NCBI GenBank assembly: GCA_034667725.1
Contig: JAXDQS010000001.1
Span: 192,001-256,000 of the forward strand
Source of the DNA: Thermoplasmata archaeon
GTDB lineage: Archaea; Thermoplasmatota; E2; JACPAO01; JAHFTW01
Direction: 5' to 3'
DNA: 64,000 bases
A program made the translations under genes and the position numbers. Below are positions 38,561 to 48,394 of this stretch, in pieces (position 1 is the stretch's first letter; each line of letters begins with the position of its first letter). The notes under the pieces are model-generated. The model saw only the letters and a program-made list of their open reading frames with translations. It was not told the DNA's origin and did no database searches.

Positions 38561-39133
38561 TCAGTAATAGCTCGTCTGAAGGTGGTCCTTCATGAGCTTC
38601 TCGATCTTGTAAGGCAGGAGGTTCTTGTTCACCGGCGTGACCTCCAGGATGCGCACGTCGTCGCGGCGCCGCAGGTCCTGCAGGAGCGGGTTGCGGCTTT
38701 TCTTGTGCAGCGTCATGATGACGGGCTTCGGGCAGTCCAGCGCCAGCTTTACGACGTCGTTGAACTTCTCGGAGTGCATCTCCATCTTGCCGACCTCGTC
38801 GATGATGATGATGTCCACCTCCTCGTCCTGGATGGCGTCGCGCACCGCCTTGACCCCGATGCGGTCGAGCGGGTCCAAGTCCACGAAGTAGTCGCCGTCG
38901 TCGGTCTCGGCCTTGTACTTCGTCTTGAACTCCTTGGAGGCGAACACCTCCTTCTCGCCGGTGCGCCAGTCCTCGACGTAGAAGCCGATGCGGACGGTGC
39001 CGTCGCCGGGACGGTAGGCGCGCGTGATCATGCCGCCGACGATGAAGTCGTCGCGCTCGAGCTTGCGGCAGATGGCGGCCAGCGTCGCGGTCTTGCCCAC
39101 GTTGGGAAGGCCCGTGATGCCGATCTTTGGCAT
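38561..39133 (-). CDS. Nucleoside-triphosphatase, THEP1/NTPase_1 family
   Basis: Walker A ITGLPNVGKT, GGMIT, and Walker B IIIIDEVGKME. Confidence 0.9.
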   Translation of the reverse strand: MPKIGITGLPNVGKTATLAAICRKLERDDFIVGGMITRAYRPGDGTVRIGFYVEDWRTGEKEVFASKEFKTKYKAETDDGDYFVDLDPLDRIGVKAVRDAIQDEEVDIIIIDEVGKMEMHSEKFNDVVKLALDCPKPVIMTLHKKSRNPLLQDLRRRDDVRILEVTPVNKNLLPYKIEKLMKDHLQTSYY

Positions 39134-39219
39134 GGTCTCGAACAGTCGACGGTCCCCCGGCTACGCGGCGACGTATGGGCCCCTCATTGAAAAGGGGAAC
39201 GTTGCCGCGACCCGTGCCC

Positions 39220-40077
39220 TCAGGCTGCCGCGACGATGCCGGGCTGGGCCAGCTGGAGCGCCGGCACGAGGCGGCCGGTGGGCGCGTAGCTCGGGCGGCC
39301 GTCCACCTTGGCGGCGTCCACGAGGCCCGCCTGCGCCAGCTTCGCCAGGTGCTTCGACACCGCGGCGGGCTGCAGGTCGAGCTCGGCGCACACCGCGTTG
39401 TGGCGGATGCCCGGCTTGGCGGCCACGGCCGTCGCGATGCGCAGGGCGGTGCCGTTGCGGAGCGCTGCCAGGTCCTCGCGGGCGCGGGACTCGGGCGTGT
39501 TGGCGGCGTAGAGCAGCTTGCGCGGGCCCTGGCGGACGGACACCAGGTGGCCGGTGCCCTCCAGGCGGCGGACGTGGTGCACCAGCGTGCCCCAGGCAAC
39601 GCCGACCAGCTCCTGCAGCTCCTTGAGGTGGAGGCCAGGGCGCGAAGTCACGGCGTCGAGGATGCGCTGGCGGGTCTGGTGCTCCAGCACGTCGTCCTTC
39701 TGGATGCGCGAGAACAGGCCGACGCCCGTGAAGCCGAGCGCCTTCAGGGCCATGATGCCGAGCAGGGCCAGGAGACCGAGGCCGGCGGCGCCGGTGGCGA
39801 CCGCGACCACGGGGTCGACGCGGGGCGGCGCGCTCCGGGACTCAGGCACTTCGATGGGGAGCTCGGGCGCTTGGCTGGGCGCGAGGCCGTCGAGCGGGTC
39901 CACGCCGGTGCCGATCGGGCCGATGGGCGTGTCGGCGGCCACCGCGAGGCCGTCGGCGGTGGCTTGCAGGTCCCCGCCCACCTCGACCTGGGCAGCCAGG
40001 TCCGTCTGCGCCGCGGCCAGGCCGGCGACGGCAAGGAGGGCCAAGAGAGCGATGCTGGGCCAAGCTCGGAGCACCAT
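39220..40077 (-). CDS. Membrane-anchored winged helix-turn-helix transcriptional regulator (tandem wHTH)
   Basis: Signal-like N-terminus and a TM, then LFSRI..DDVLEHQTRQRI..PGLH..GTLVHHVRRLE and a second wHTH (PGI..VSKHLAKLAQAGLV). Confidence 0.8.
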   Translation of the reverse strand: MVLRAWPSIALLALLAVAGLAAAQTDLAAQVEVGGDLQATADGLAVAADTPIGPIGTGVDPLDGLAPSQAPELPIEVPESRSAPPRVDPVVAVATGAAGLGLLALLGIMALKALGFTGVGLFSRIQKDDVLEHQTRQRILDAVTSRPGLHLKELQELVGVAWGTLVHHVRRLEGTGHLVSVRQGPRKLLYAANTPESRAREDLAALRNGTALRIATAVAAKPGIRHNAVCAELDLQPAAVSKHLAKLAQAGLVDAAKVDGRPSYAPTGRLVPALQLAQPGIVAAA

Positions 40078-40502
40078 GGTTGTCCCTTCTTCCAGGGACA
40101 TTGTTAAGGCTCTCGTTCCGGGGGTCCCCGCGGGCGTTTTTCCTCCTGTTCCGCGGCCCGATCGGGGCTTGGCCGGGGCTTGCGCGGCGGGGTGCCGGCC
40201 GGGCCGGAGGACAACCTTGGCGGGGCTCTTGGAACGAACGTGGAAACCATGGCGGGCACGGACATGACGCGGGGCGGATTCCGCGCACTTTCCCGCTCTG
40301 TCGCCTCGCTTTATCCCGCGCGCCGTCGAGCCAGGAGACAACCGGGGGCCCGCTTGCACCGCGGACCCCCGGCCCCATTGGCCCCGATCGTCCCAAAACG
40401 AGCCCAGCACCCCCGTGCCGGGTTCGATCCTCCTCTTTTCCTGCCCCAGGCATGACTCTGCCGGTCCATGCCGCCAAATACCTTCGCCGCGTAGGCCGCG
40501 CC

Positions 40503-41465
40503 ATGCGCGCCATCCTGGCCGTGACGGCCATGGCCCTGCTTGCGGGCTGCACCGCGCCCGCCACGGACTCCCTCACGACCGCCCCCGGGGAGGCTGCCGC
40601 CGAGGTTCCGCTGGCCGCCCCCACGCTGCGCGTCGGCGACTGGTGGAACTTCACGGCGCCCGGCCTCGGCCCGTTCACGCTCGTGGTGGCGGCGGACGCC
40701 GGCTCCGATTGGGTGTTCGCCACCGACGACCCGGACGCCGCGTTCTACGACCTGCGCAACGACATCAGCTACCTCGGGCCCCAGCGCAAGTCGGACCTCG
40801 CCGGCTCCCAAGGCACCGAGCGCGTCAAGTTCCTCGACTTCCCGCTCACGGACAACAAGACCTGGACGACGACCTGGGACCATCAGCCCGTGACCGTGCG
40901 CGCCACCCGGGACGGCGACCGGTTCCACCTCCTGGCCTCGAACGCGACCCGGCCCTACGTCGCCTACGACTACGACCCGGCCGTCCGCTGGTTCACCGAG
41001 ATGGACTTCCTCCAGCCCGACGGCTCCTCCTTCGTCATGTCGCTGCAACGCTCCGGCGGCAACTACACCGGCACCCTTGCCCACTGGCAGCTTGACACCT
41101 TGGTCGAGATCCACGGCGACCTCGCCTCGACGCCGTTCGGCAGCCAAGCCTACCAGGTCCCCGCCGGCACCACTGACGTCTGGGTGGACGCCGAGCTGCA
41201 CTGCACGGCCGGCTTCGCAGGCGCCGGCACCGCGCCCGCCCCGTTCGTGGGCAGCCTGGCGGGCACCGACGAGCGCGGCGCCGGCTCGCCTGGCGGCGCG
41301 TGCCCCGCGGACGAGTCGTTCTCGGGCGTCGCCGGCGACGTGCGGCCGGACGCCAGCGGGAGCGAAGCATGGGGCTACTCCGCGGGCGGCGCCGGCGGTG
41401 CTGTGGGCACCATCGACCTCTTGATCCTGCTGCGCACCTTGGAGCGCACGCCCCTGGGCGCCTGA
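40503..41465 (+). CDS. Lipoprotein, paralogue A
   Basis: Lipobox LLAGC. Shares DWW, LGPQRK.DLAGSQG, WTT.WD and YD...RWF with 42216-43151. Confidence 0.8.
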   Translation: MRAILAVTAMALLAGCTAPATDSLTTAPGEAAAEVPLAAPTLRVGDWWNFTAPGLGPFTLVVAADAGSDWVFATDDPDAAFYDLRNDISYLGPQRKSDLAGSQGTERVKFLDFPLTDNKTWTTTWDHQPVTVRATRDGDRFHLLASNATRPYVAYDYDPAVRWFTEMDFLQPDGSSFVMSLQRSGGNYTGTLAHWQLDTLVEIHGDLASTPFGSQAYQVPAGTTDVWVDAELHCTAGFAGAGTAPAPFVGSLAGTDERGAGSPGGACPADESFSGVAGDVRPDASGSEAWGYSAGGAGGAVGTIDLLILLRTLERTPLGA

Positions 41466-41530
41466 CGCCCTCGATCGCCGCGGGACGCATCGTCAAGTCC
41501 CCCGGGGCTTCGGGTGGGGCGAGGCGCCCC

Positions 41531-42175
41531 ATGCCCAAGAAAGCCATCATCCTCACCGCAGACCAGTTCGAGGACCTCGAGGTCCTGGTGCCGAAGAACC
41601 GCCTGGAGGAGGCTGGCTGGACCGTGGACGTGGCGGCGCCCAGGCGGGGCCGGGTCGAAGGCGAGCACGGCTACGAGGTCGAGGCCCGCTGGGACCTCGA
41701 CGAGGTCGAGCCCGACGACTACGACCTGCTGCTAATCCCCGGCGGCCCGCCGGAAGGCGGCGCCGGCACGGTGCGCAGCTACCGCAGCGCCCGCCGCGTC
41801 GTGCAGGCGTTCATGGAGGCCGACAAGCCGGTGGCGGCCATCTGCCACGGGCCGTGGGTGCTCGTGTCCGCCGACGTGGTGGAAGGCCGCCGCCTCACCT
41901 CCGTCAAGAAGGACGGCGTCCCCGACGAGATCGAGGACGAGGGCGGCAAGTGGGTGGACGAGGAGGTCGTCGTGGACGGCAACCTCGTCACCTCCCGCAC
42001 GCCGCGCGACCTGCCCGCCTTCCTGCGCGAGGTCATGCGCCTGGTCGAGAAGGGCGGCAGCCGCGCCCGCCGCGCCCCCAAGAAGGCCGCCCGCAAGCGC
42101 TCCGACCGGGCGTCCAACGGGGTCGCCCGCGGCGACGGCTCGCGGGTCGTCGAAGTCTCCCCCGGCATGACCTGA
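41531..42175 (+). CDS. PfpI/DJ-1 family protease/deglycase
   Basis: Motifs FEDLE, LLIPGG, AAICHGPW, VVVDGNLVTSRTP.DLPAF. Basic C-terminal tail. Confidence 0.9.
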   Translation: MPKKAIILTADQFEDLEVLVPKNRLEEAGWTVDVAAPRRGRVEGEHGYEVEARWDLDEVEPDDYDLLLIPGGPPEGGAGTVRSYRSARRVVQAFMEADKPVAAICHGPWVLVSADVVEGRRLTSVKKDGVPDEIEDEGGKWVDEEVVVDGNLVTSRTPRDLPAFLREVMRLVEKGGSRARRAPKKAARKRSDRASNGVARGDGSRVVEVSPGMT

Positions 42176-42215
42176 CTGGGCTAGGCTCATTTGCCAGGAC
42201 CGGGTCGCCGCCCTC

Positions 42216-43151
42216 GTGCGGTTCGCGCCCTGGATCCTGGTCGCCCTGCTCGCCGGCTGCACGGCCCCCGCCGCGGACGACGCCACCCTCACGCCCCCGC
42301 TGGCCCCGGACGCCGGCGCGGGCCTCCAGGTGCCTGCCTGGGCGCTGCGCGACTGGTGGTCCTACCGCGTCGGCGACGAGGTCGCGACCTACGTCGTCAC
42401 CCAAGACCTCGGCGCAGCGTGGCAGATGGACACCGACTCCCAGGCGCGCGCCTTCCAGGACGCCCGCGACGACGTGAGCCGCCTCGGGCCGCAGCGCAAG
42501 GCCGACCTCGCCGGCTCGCAAGGCGACGACGCCGTGCAGTTCTTCCGGTGGCCCCTTGCCGCCGGCGACAACTGGACGACGCCCTGGGACGGCGTCGAGA
42601 TGGGCATCACGGTGCTGGCCGTCGACGGCCCGCTGGCCCGCCTGGAGGCCCGCAACGCCACCGGCGGCCTCGTCTACACCTACACCTACGACGCCGGCGC
42701 GCGCTGGTTCCGCGACCTGCGCCGCCTCGCCGCCGACGGCACCGAGCTGGTCCGCCTCGAGCTGTCCGCCTCCGGCCGCAACTGGACCGGCACCGCGGTG
42801 CGCTGGGACCTCGCCTCCCTCGCGGCAGGCGCCGGGGCGGCCAGCACTGCCGTCCCGTTCAACGTCCCAGAAGGAGTGACCGACCTGTGGCTGGCCTACA
42901 CGGCCCAATGCAGCGGCGGCCAAGGCGGCTACGCCATCGCGGTCAAGCCCGCCGACCCCGCCGCCGTCACCGCCACCGAAGGCTACGCCAACCAAGGCCC
43001 CTGCGGTGACGTCGCGTTCGCGGAGGTCATCCAGGAGGCGCCGCGCCCCGGCCAATGGGCGTTCGCCGTGAGCATGGGCGGCAACCCGGCCGACGCCGCG
43101 TTCAGCTACGAGGTGCTCCAGCGCACCCTCCGCTTCGTCCCGGTCGGCTGA
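42216..43151 (+). CDS. Lipoprotein, paralogue B
   Basis: Lipobox LLAGC. Homologous to 40503-41465. Confidence 0.8.
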   Translation: MRFAPWILVALLAGCTAPAADDATLTPPLAPDAGAGLQVPAWALRDWWSYRVGDEVATYVVTQDLGAAWQMDTDSQARAFQDARDDVSRLGPQRKADLAGSQGDDAVQFFRWPLAAGDNWTTPWDGVEMGITVLAVDGPLARLEARNATGGLVYTYTYDAGARWFRDLRRLAADGTELVRLELSASGRNWTGTAVRWDLASLAAGAGAASTAVPFNVPEGVTDLWLAYTAQCSGGQGGYAIAVKPADPAAVTATEGYANQGPCGDVAFAEVIQEAPRPGQWAFAVSMGGNPADAAFSYEVLQRTLRFVPVG

Positions 43152-43188
43152 CGCCAAGCTTTTCGGGGGCGGCCCCGATGGGCCCGCC

Positions 43189-43476
43189 ATGCGCCCCGCC
43201 CTCGCGCTCCTGGCCATCGTCCTCGCCCTGCCCACCGCCACCGCCATGGCCGTCCCGCTGCCCGTCGTCGTCCACCTCGACGCCGACCCCGACTGCACGG
43301 ACTGCATCGGCGTCGAAGCCGGCGTCGGCGCCTTCATCCCCGGCTGCCTCGACTGCCCCGCCGTGGGCGCCTCCGCCGCCGCCGAGACCGACGGCACCAC
43401 CACGACCGCCACCGTCCGCGTCTGCTACGCCAGCTTCTACGTCCTCTGCCTCGTGGACGAGACGGTCACGGTCTAG
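43189..43476 (+). CDS. Small secreted Cys-rich protein
   Basis: Signal peptide, two CxxC motifs and two further Cys. Confidence 0.6.
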   Translation: MRPALALLAIVLALPTATAMAVPLPVVVHLDADPDCTDCIGVEAGVGAFIPGCLDCPAVGASAAAETDGTTTTATVRVCYASFYVLCLVDETVTV

Positions 43477-43817
43477 GACGTCCGGCTCTCCACCACGACC
43501 ACCTCGGGCCACCCCTGCATCGGGTAGGACTCCGCCCAGGCGTCCACGTCGAACGAGACCGTCTGCCCGACGCCCACGCTTTCGAGGGTGGTGGGCGGGC
43601 AGGAGCCGTCGTGCTCCCGTCGCAGCAGCCTGGCGCCCGAGAGATGCAGCACCGCCGGCTCGCCGCCGTCCAACTGGACGCGCAGCGACGACTCGCCCAC
43701 CTCGGTGACGGTGGCGCGCTGGCCAGGGCGGACGCAGGCCTCGCCGGGCAGGGGCTGGTCGGCGAGGCAGCCGGCCATCAGGACCGCGACGGCCAGCAAA
43801 CCCAGGAGGCCACGCAT
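43473..43817 (-). CDS. Small lipoprotein
   Basis: Lipobox in MRGLLGLLAVAVLMAGC. C-terminal AESYPMQG motif. Confidence 0.65.
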   Translation of the reverse strand: MRGLLGLLAVAVLMAGCLADQPLPGEACVRPGQRATVTEVGESSLRVQLDGGEPAVLHLSGARLLRREHDGSCPPTTLESVGVGQTVSFDVDAWAESYPMQGWPEVVVVESRTS

Positions 43818-43828
43818 GGAGGCCGCCG

Positions 43829-44068
43829 TCAGAGGAGCTCGCGGCAGCCGCGGCCGGCCTCGCAGCGGGTCACGGTGACCCCGTCGCCATCCGCGCAGGC
43901 GATGGTCGCCGTGCCACGGCCCTGGCCATGGTAGACGCAGACGGACTCCTCGCCCGCGTCGATGCCGGTGCAGGCGTCCTGGGCGACGCAGTGGCCGACC
44001 CACTCCCCGGACGCGGGGACGGCGAAGGCGGTCAAGGCGAGCAAGGCGATGGCAGCAAGGACGCGCAT
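43829..44068 (-). CDS. Small secreted Cys-rich protein (in frame with the stop-less TFB ORF)
   Basis: Signal peptide [21 protein letters not shown] followed by 6 Cys. Confidence 0.6.
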   Translation of the reverse strand: MRVLAAIALLALTAFAVPASGEWVGHCVAQDACTGIDAGEESVCVYHGQGRGTATIACADGDGVTVTRCEAGRGCRELL

Positions 44069-44093
44069 CGGGGTGGCATGGCGGGCGCCGCGC

Positions 44094-44380
44094 TTAGGGG
44101 TTTGCCAGCCTTTCGGCCAGCCCCCTGAGCCTCGCTGATGCTCGCTCAGGGTCCGGCGTCGCCTTCGGCGTGCCTGCTCGCAGAGCGCGGCCTGTCGGAC
44201 CTCGCCTCCTCGCTGCGGCTCAGAGGACGATGTCGATGTCCAAGCGCTCTGCCCCTTCCTGCCTTCGCTTCTCTCTGGCTGGAAGGTCCGCTCGCCTTCG
44301 CTGCGCTCGGCTCGCATCCACCTTCGGCTGAGGCCTTCGGCCTTCAGCACGATGTCGATGTCCAGCCTTTCGGCCAGCTC
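44094..44380. repeat. Palindrome-rich segment containing repeated copies of the tfb 3' end
   Basis: 17-bp direct repeat CCAGCCTTTCGGCCAGC at 44105 and 44362. GATGTCGATGTCCA at 44229 and 44351. Many CTTCG/CGAAG hairpins. Confidence 0.8.
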
Positions 44381-45295
44381 CTTGTACCGGTTGCGGATCG
44401 TGACCTCGGTCACGCCCGCGACCTCGGCGACCTCGCGCTGGGTGCGGCGCTCGCCCGACAGGATGCTCGCGATGTAGATGGCGGCCGCGGCGACACCGGT
44501 CGGCCCCCTTCCACTCGTCAGTTCCCGGTCGGCGGCCTGCTTCAGGATGTCCACCGTCTTGGCCTGGACGTCGCCCGACAGCTTCAGCTCGGAGCAGAAG
44601 CGGGGGATGTAGTCCTGGGGCGCGGTCGGCATCAGCTTGAGCTTGAGCTCGCGGGCGATGAAGCGGTAGGTGCGGCCGATCTCCTTGCGGGAGACGCGGG
44701 ACGCGTCGGCGATCTCGTCCAAGGTGCGCGGCACGTCGCACTGGCGGCAGGCGGCGTAGAGCGCGGCGGCGGCGACACCTTCGATGGAGCGGCCGCGGAT
44801 GAGGTTCTTCGTGACGGCGCGCCGGTAGACCATGGCCGCCGTCTCGCGGACGTTGCGGGGCAGGCCCATGCCGGAGGCCATGCGGTCCAGCTCGGAGAGG
44901 GCGAAGGCGAGGTTGCGCTCGGTCGCGTTCGAGACGCGGATGCGGCGCTGCCACTTGCGCAGGCGGTAGAGCTGGGCGCGGTTGCGGGTCGGGATCGACT
45001 TGCCGTAGGAGTCCTTGTTCTTCCAGCCGATCATGGTGGAGAGACCCTTGTCGTGGATGGTGTAGGTCATGGGCGCGCCGACGCGGGCGCGCTTCTCGCG
45101 CTGCTCGGAGTCGAACGCGCGCCACTCGGGGCCTTGGTCGATGAACGCGTCGTCCAGCACCAGGCCGCAGGTCTCGCACACCATCTCGCCGCGCTCGTAG
45201 TCGGACTGGATGTGGTCCGACCCGCACTCCGGGCAAGTGGTGATCTCCTCGATCTTCTGCTGCTCCTTCTTCTTCGGCTTCGCGATCTCGACCAT
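44345..45295 (-). CDS. tfb: Transcription initiation factor IIB (conserved part; no stop at the usual end, frame open to 43829)
   Basis: Zn ribbon [55 protein letters not shown]. Confidence 0.95.
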
Positions 45296-45349
45296 GGAAA
45301 ACCGGGGTCCCGGGCGGCTGCGGGGGGCGCCGCCCTGTCTGGGTTTGCT

Positions 45350-45425
45350 GTGATAGCAATAAACAGTTAAGCCTTTCCCAGTTTTTCCATGGCGCTTCAT
45401 ATACTTGGACCAAGTTTTGACTTGA
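45350..45425. promoter_or_regulatory. AT-rich divergent promoter region (tfb / PMT-like gene)
   Basis: AT-rich island with TATA-like GTATATGAA and TTTATT on the minus strand. Confidence 0.5.
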
Positions 45426-45511
45426 AGCTGTCGTCCGGCACTGCCCCCGGGCCCCGCGCGGTTCCATAAAAAGAGAACCTTCATGGAAGGCAGCCCCCTC
45501 GGCCGCGCGCC

Positions 45512-46639
45512 GTGGACCTGTCGCGCCTGCCCGAGCCCACGTCGCAGATCGCGCAGGAGCGGGTCGCGCCAGGCCTCCCGTCCCGCAACTTCCTGGTCGC
45601 CGTCGCCGTGCTGGCGACCCTGTTCCTGGTGGTCGCGCTCTGGCTGTCGCGCTTCCCCGCCAACCACGTCCTGCCGGCGGAAAGCGGCGCGGCCCCGCTG
45701 CCGGGCTCGTTCACCTACCCGATCGGGCTGCACCCCGCCCGCATCGTGAGCGCGGTCTTCGGCGCCGCCGCGGTGGCCGCCACCTGCCTGGTCGCGCGCC
45801 GCCTGCTGCACAACGACACCGCCGCCCTGCTCGCCGGCGGCCTGGTCGCGCTCGACCCTGCCCTCCTGGCCGTGTCCCGGCTGGCCCTCCCCGACACCCT
45901 CGCCCTCGCCTCCCTCCTGGCCGCCCTCGCCTGCTTCCTGGCCATCCCGGTCTCGATCCATTGGCTGGGCGCCGGCCTCCTTGCGTTCGCCGCCCTCGCC
46001 GAACCGCGCACCCTGCTCTGGAGCCTGCCGCTGCTGTGGATGGTGCTGATGCGCGGCCACATCTACGCCGCCCCGCGCCACCTCACCCTCGCCGCCCTTC
46101 AGACCGTGGCCGCCCCGCTCTTGGGCGTCCTGCTGCACCTGCTGACCAACGGCGGCATCGTCGGCCTCCCGTGCCGGGTCCCCATCCAGTCCAGCCTGGC
46201 GCTCACCTCCAGCATCGGCTACGGCGGCGTCGTCGCCATCCACAACCCCATCACCTGGTTCGGCGGCCTCGGCGCCATCCTCCTGCTGGGCGGCACCGCG
46301 CTTGCCATCGTCGCCCGCCAGTTCCGCATCGCCCGCCTCCCCGGCCGCGTCCAGATGCGCCTCGCCGACCCCCTCCCCGGCACCCACGCCCGCATCCTGT
46401 GGCTGCTGCTGCTCGCGGTCCTCGCCCCCTTCCCCATGGTGTGGCTGCCGCTGTTCGCCATCGCCCTGGCCTCCGGCATCAGCCTGCTCGCGGAGGACGC
46501 GCCCGGCTTCGGCGCCGTGGTCGCGCTCGTGACCCTGCTGTTCGGCGTGCTCGGCCTGCTGCGCGTCTGGGGCCTGGTCTCCGGCACCGGCGGCCAAGTC
46601 ACCAGCCTTGTCCCCTGGAGCCACGTCATCGGCTGCTAG
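45512..46639 (+). CDS. GT-C fold membrane glycosyltransferase-like protein (PMT/GT39-like)
   Basis: Multi-[26 protein letters not shown]...SRLALPD and HNPITW resemble the PMT family. Confidence 0.6.
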   Translation: MDLSRLPEPTSQIAQERVAPGLPSRNFLVAVAVLATLFLVVALWLSRFPANHVLPAESGAAPLPGSFTYPIGLHPARIVSAVFGAAAVAATCLVARRLLHNDTAALLAGGLVALDPALLAVSRLALPDTLALASLLAALACFLAIPVSIHWLGAGLLAFAALAEPRTLLWSLPLLWMVLMRGHIYAAPRHLTLAALQTVAAPLLGVLLHLLTNGGIVGLPCRVPIQSSLALTSSIGYGGVVAIHNPITWFGGLGAILLLGGTALAIVARQFRIARLPGRVQMRLADPLPGTHARILWLLLLAVLAPFPMVWLPLFAIALASGISLLAEDAPGFGAVVALVTLLFGVLGLLRVWGLVSGTGGQVTSLVPWSHVIGC

Positions 46640-46684
46640 CGTTGACCCGCAAGCGTGATGCCCCTGCCTGGGAGAGAAGCCATC

Positions 46685-48394
46685 ATGCCTACGGCCCCTC
46701 GCCTGCCGCTCCTTGCCGTCGCCCTCCTGCTTGCCGCGCCCCTGGCCGCCATGGCCGTCCAGGCCAACCACCTCCAGACCGCCGCCTCCGGCCGCCAAGT
46801 GGCCTTCGACCACCGCACCGGCAACGAGTGGTGGGTCGAGGTCGTCCTGAGCGGCCCCGACGCCAACTCCGTCAGCAAGGTGGAGGCCATGGACACCGGC
46901 GGCGCCTGGGTGCCGCTGTCGCTCAAGAGCTGGGGCGCCTGGGCCGCCTCGTTCCACATCGAGCCCGGCCACCAGGTCCGCTTCCGCGCCACCTGGACCA
47001 CCACCGTCATCGAGAGCTGCTGGTTCACCCACCCGGCCGGCGTCGAGCAATGCTCCACCACGCCGCCTCCGCCGCCCCCGCCGACCGGCTTCGACGCCAC
47101 CTTCAGCGGCGTCAAGGGCAACGAATGGTGGGTCCAGGCCAACGTGGCCGGCAACCAGCCCATCGCCAAGGTGGACGCCCGCGTCAACTGCGGCGCCACC
47201 TGGCGCCCCCTCACGCTCCAAAGCTGGGGCGGCTGGGCCGCAAGCTTCCAAATCCCCTCCGGCAGCAAGATCGACTTCCGCGCCACCTCCAGCACCGGCG
47301 CCACCGACCTCTCCGGCGGCTACACTTGGCCCAGCGCCACGCCCACCACCGGCTGCGGCGGCACCACGCCCCCTCCCGGCTTCGGCGCCACCTTCACCAA
47401 CGCCCGCGGCAACCAATACTGGACCGAGGTCGACGTGTCGGCCAACCAGCCCATCGCCGGCGTCGAGATGCGCGTCGAGCACCAGGACTGGATCCCCATG
47501 GGCAAGACCTCCTGGGGCTCCTGGGCCGTAAACGGAGGCGGCGGCATCGGCGGCATGATCGAGTTCCGCGCCCGCGCCACCGACGGCCAACACGACACCT
47601 CCTACCTTGCCTACCTCTGGTGGCCCGACGGCCCCGACCCCTACCCCGGCCCCGCCGAGGGGGTCCAGGCGCTGTGGGACTACGCCGCCGGCGACCACAC
47701 CACCCTCCGCATCGACACCCACACCACGGCCCGCCTCTCCGCCCATCACTACAGCGTCGACGGCGGCGCCTGGCAACCCATGACGAAGCTCCCCGACGGC
47801 GACTGGAGCGCCACCGGCGCCGCCATCCCGTCGCACGCCACCGTCCGCTTCCGCGCCACCTTCGAAGGCACCGGCGCCACCCACACCAGCGCACCGTTCG
47901 CCTGGCCGCCGTGGCCCCAGCCCGGCGCCTGGGCCGAATACGAAGGCGTCAGCATCGGCCAACCCAACGACGCGCCGCCCTGGAACATCCCCACCCACGG
48001 CCGCATGGTCCTCCAAGACGACTGGACCTGGGAGATCACCTGCGGCGACGCCACCGAGCCCGACCCCCAGATGGCGTGGCACGTCACCGTCGCCCCCATG
48101 GTCGCAGAACCCCCCGTCGACAGCCTCGGCGACATCACCATGTTCATGTCGAGCACCTGCGGCGGCATGGCCGCCAACGGCGCCGCCAACGCCCGCGCCT
48201 CCTACACCAGCTCCGTCGGCCCCGTCGACGCCTGGCACCTCCGCTACGACAACGGCGCCAGCTTCCACGACGCCTGGATCGACACCACCTACGGCATCAG
48301 CCTCGACTGGCACCTCCACGACGTCCACGGCGGCGGCACCTTCGACAACCGCGGCTGGCTCGTCGACACGTCGGCGGAGATCCAGGACGTCTAG
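46685..48394 (+). CDS. Secreted Trp-rich protein with three tandem ~95-aa repeats
   Basis: Signal peptide. Three copies of GN(E/Q)(W/Y)W..V..V(E/D)..W.P..SWG.WA separated by Pro/Thr linkers. Confidence 0.8.
   Translation: MPTAPRLPLLAVALLLAAPLAAMAVQANHLQTAASGRQVAFDHRTGNEWWVEVVLSGPDANSVSKVEAMDTGGAWVPLSLKSWGAWAASFHIEPGHQVRFRATWTTTVIESCWFTHPAGVEQCSTTPPPPPPPTGFDATFSGVKGNEWWVQANVAGNQPIAKVDARVNCGATWRPLTLQSWGGWAASFQIPSGSKIDFRATSSTGATDLSGGYTWPSATPTTGCGGTTPPPGFGATFTNARGNQYWTEVDVSANQPIAGVEMRVEHQDWIPMGKTSWGSWAVNGGGGIGGMIEFRARATDGQHDTSYLAYLWWPDGPDPYPGPAEGVQALWDYAAGDHTTLRIDTHTTARLSAHHYSVDGGAWQPMTKLPDGDWSATGAAIPSHATVRFRATFEGTGATHTSAPFAWPPWPQPGAWAEYEGVSIGQPNDAPPWNIPTHGRMVLQDDWTWEITCGDATEPDPQMAWHVTVAPMVAEPPVDSLGDITMFMSSTCGGMAANGAANARASYTSSVGPVDAWHLRYDNGASFHDAWIDTTYGISLDWHLHDVHGGGTFDNRGWLVDTSAEIQDV

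Noticed and set aside
40410-40432. GGGTTCGATCC as part of a tRNA
   Set aside because: No acceptor, D or anticodon arms can be folded around it.
44252-44374. Canonical bulge-helix-bulge intron in tfb
   Set aside because: I could not build a convincing 3-4-3 BHB pairing across the putative junctions. It is kept only as an open hypothesis.
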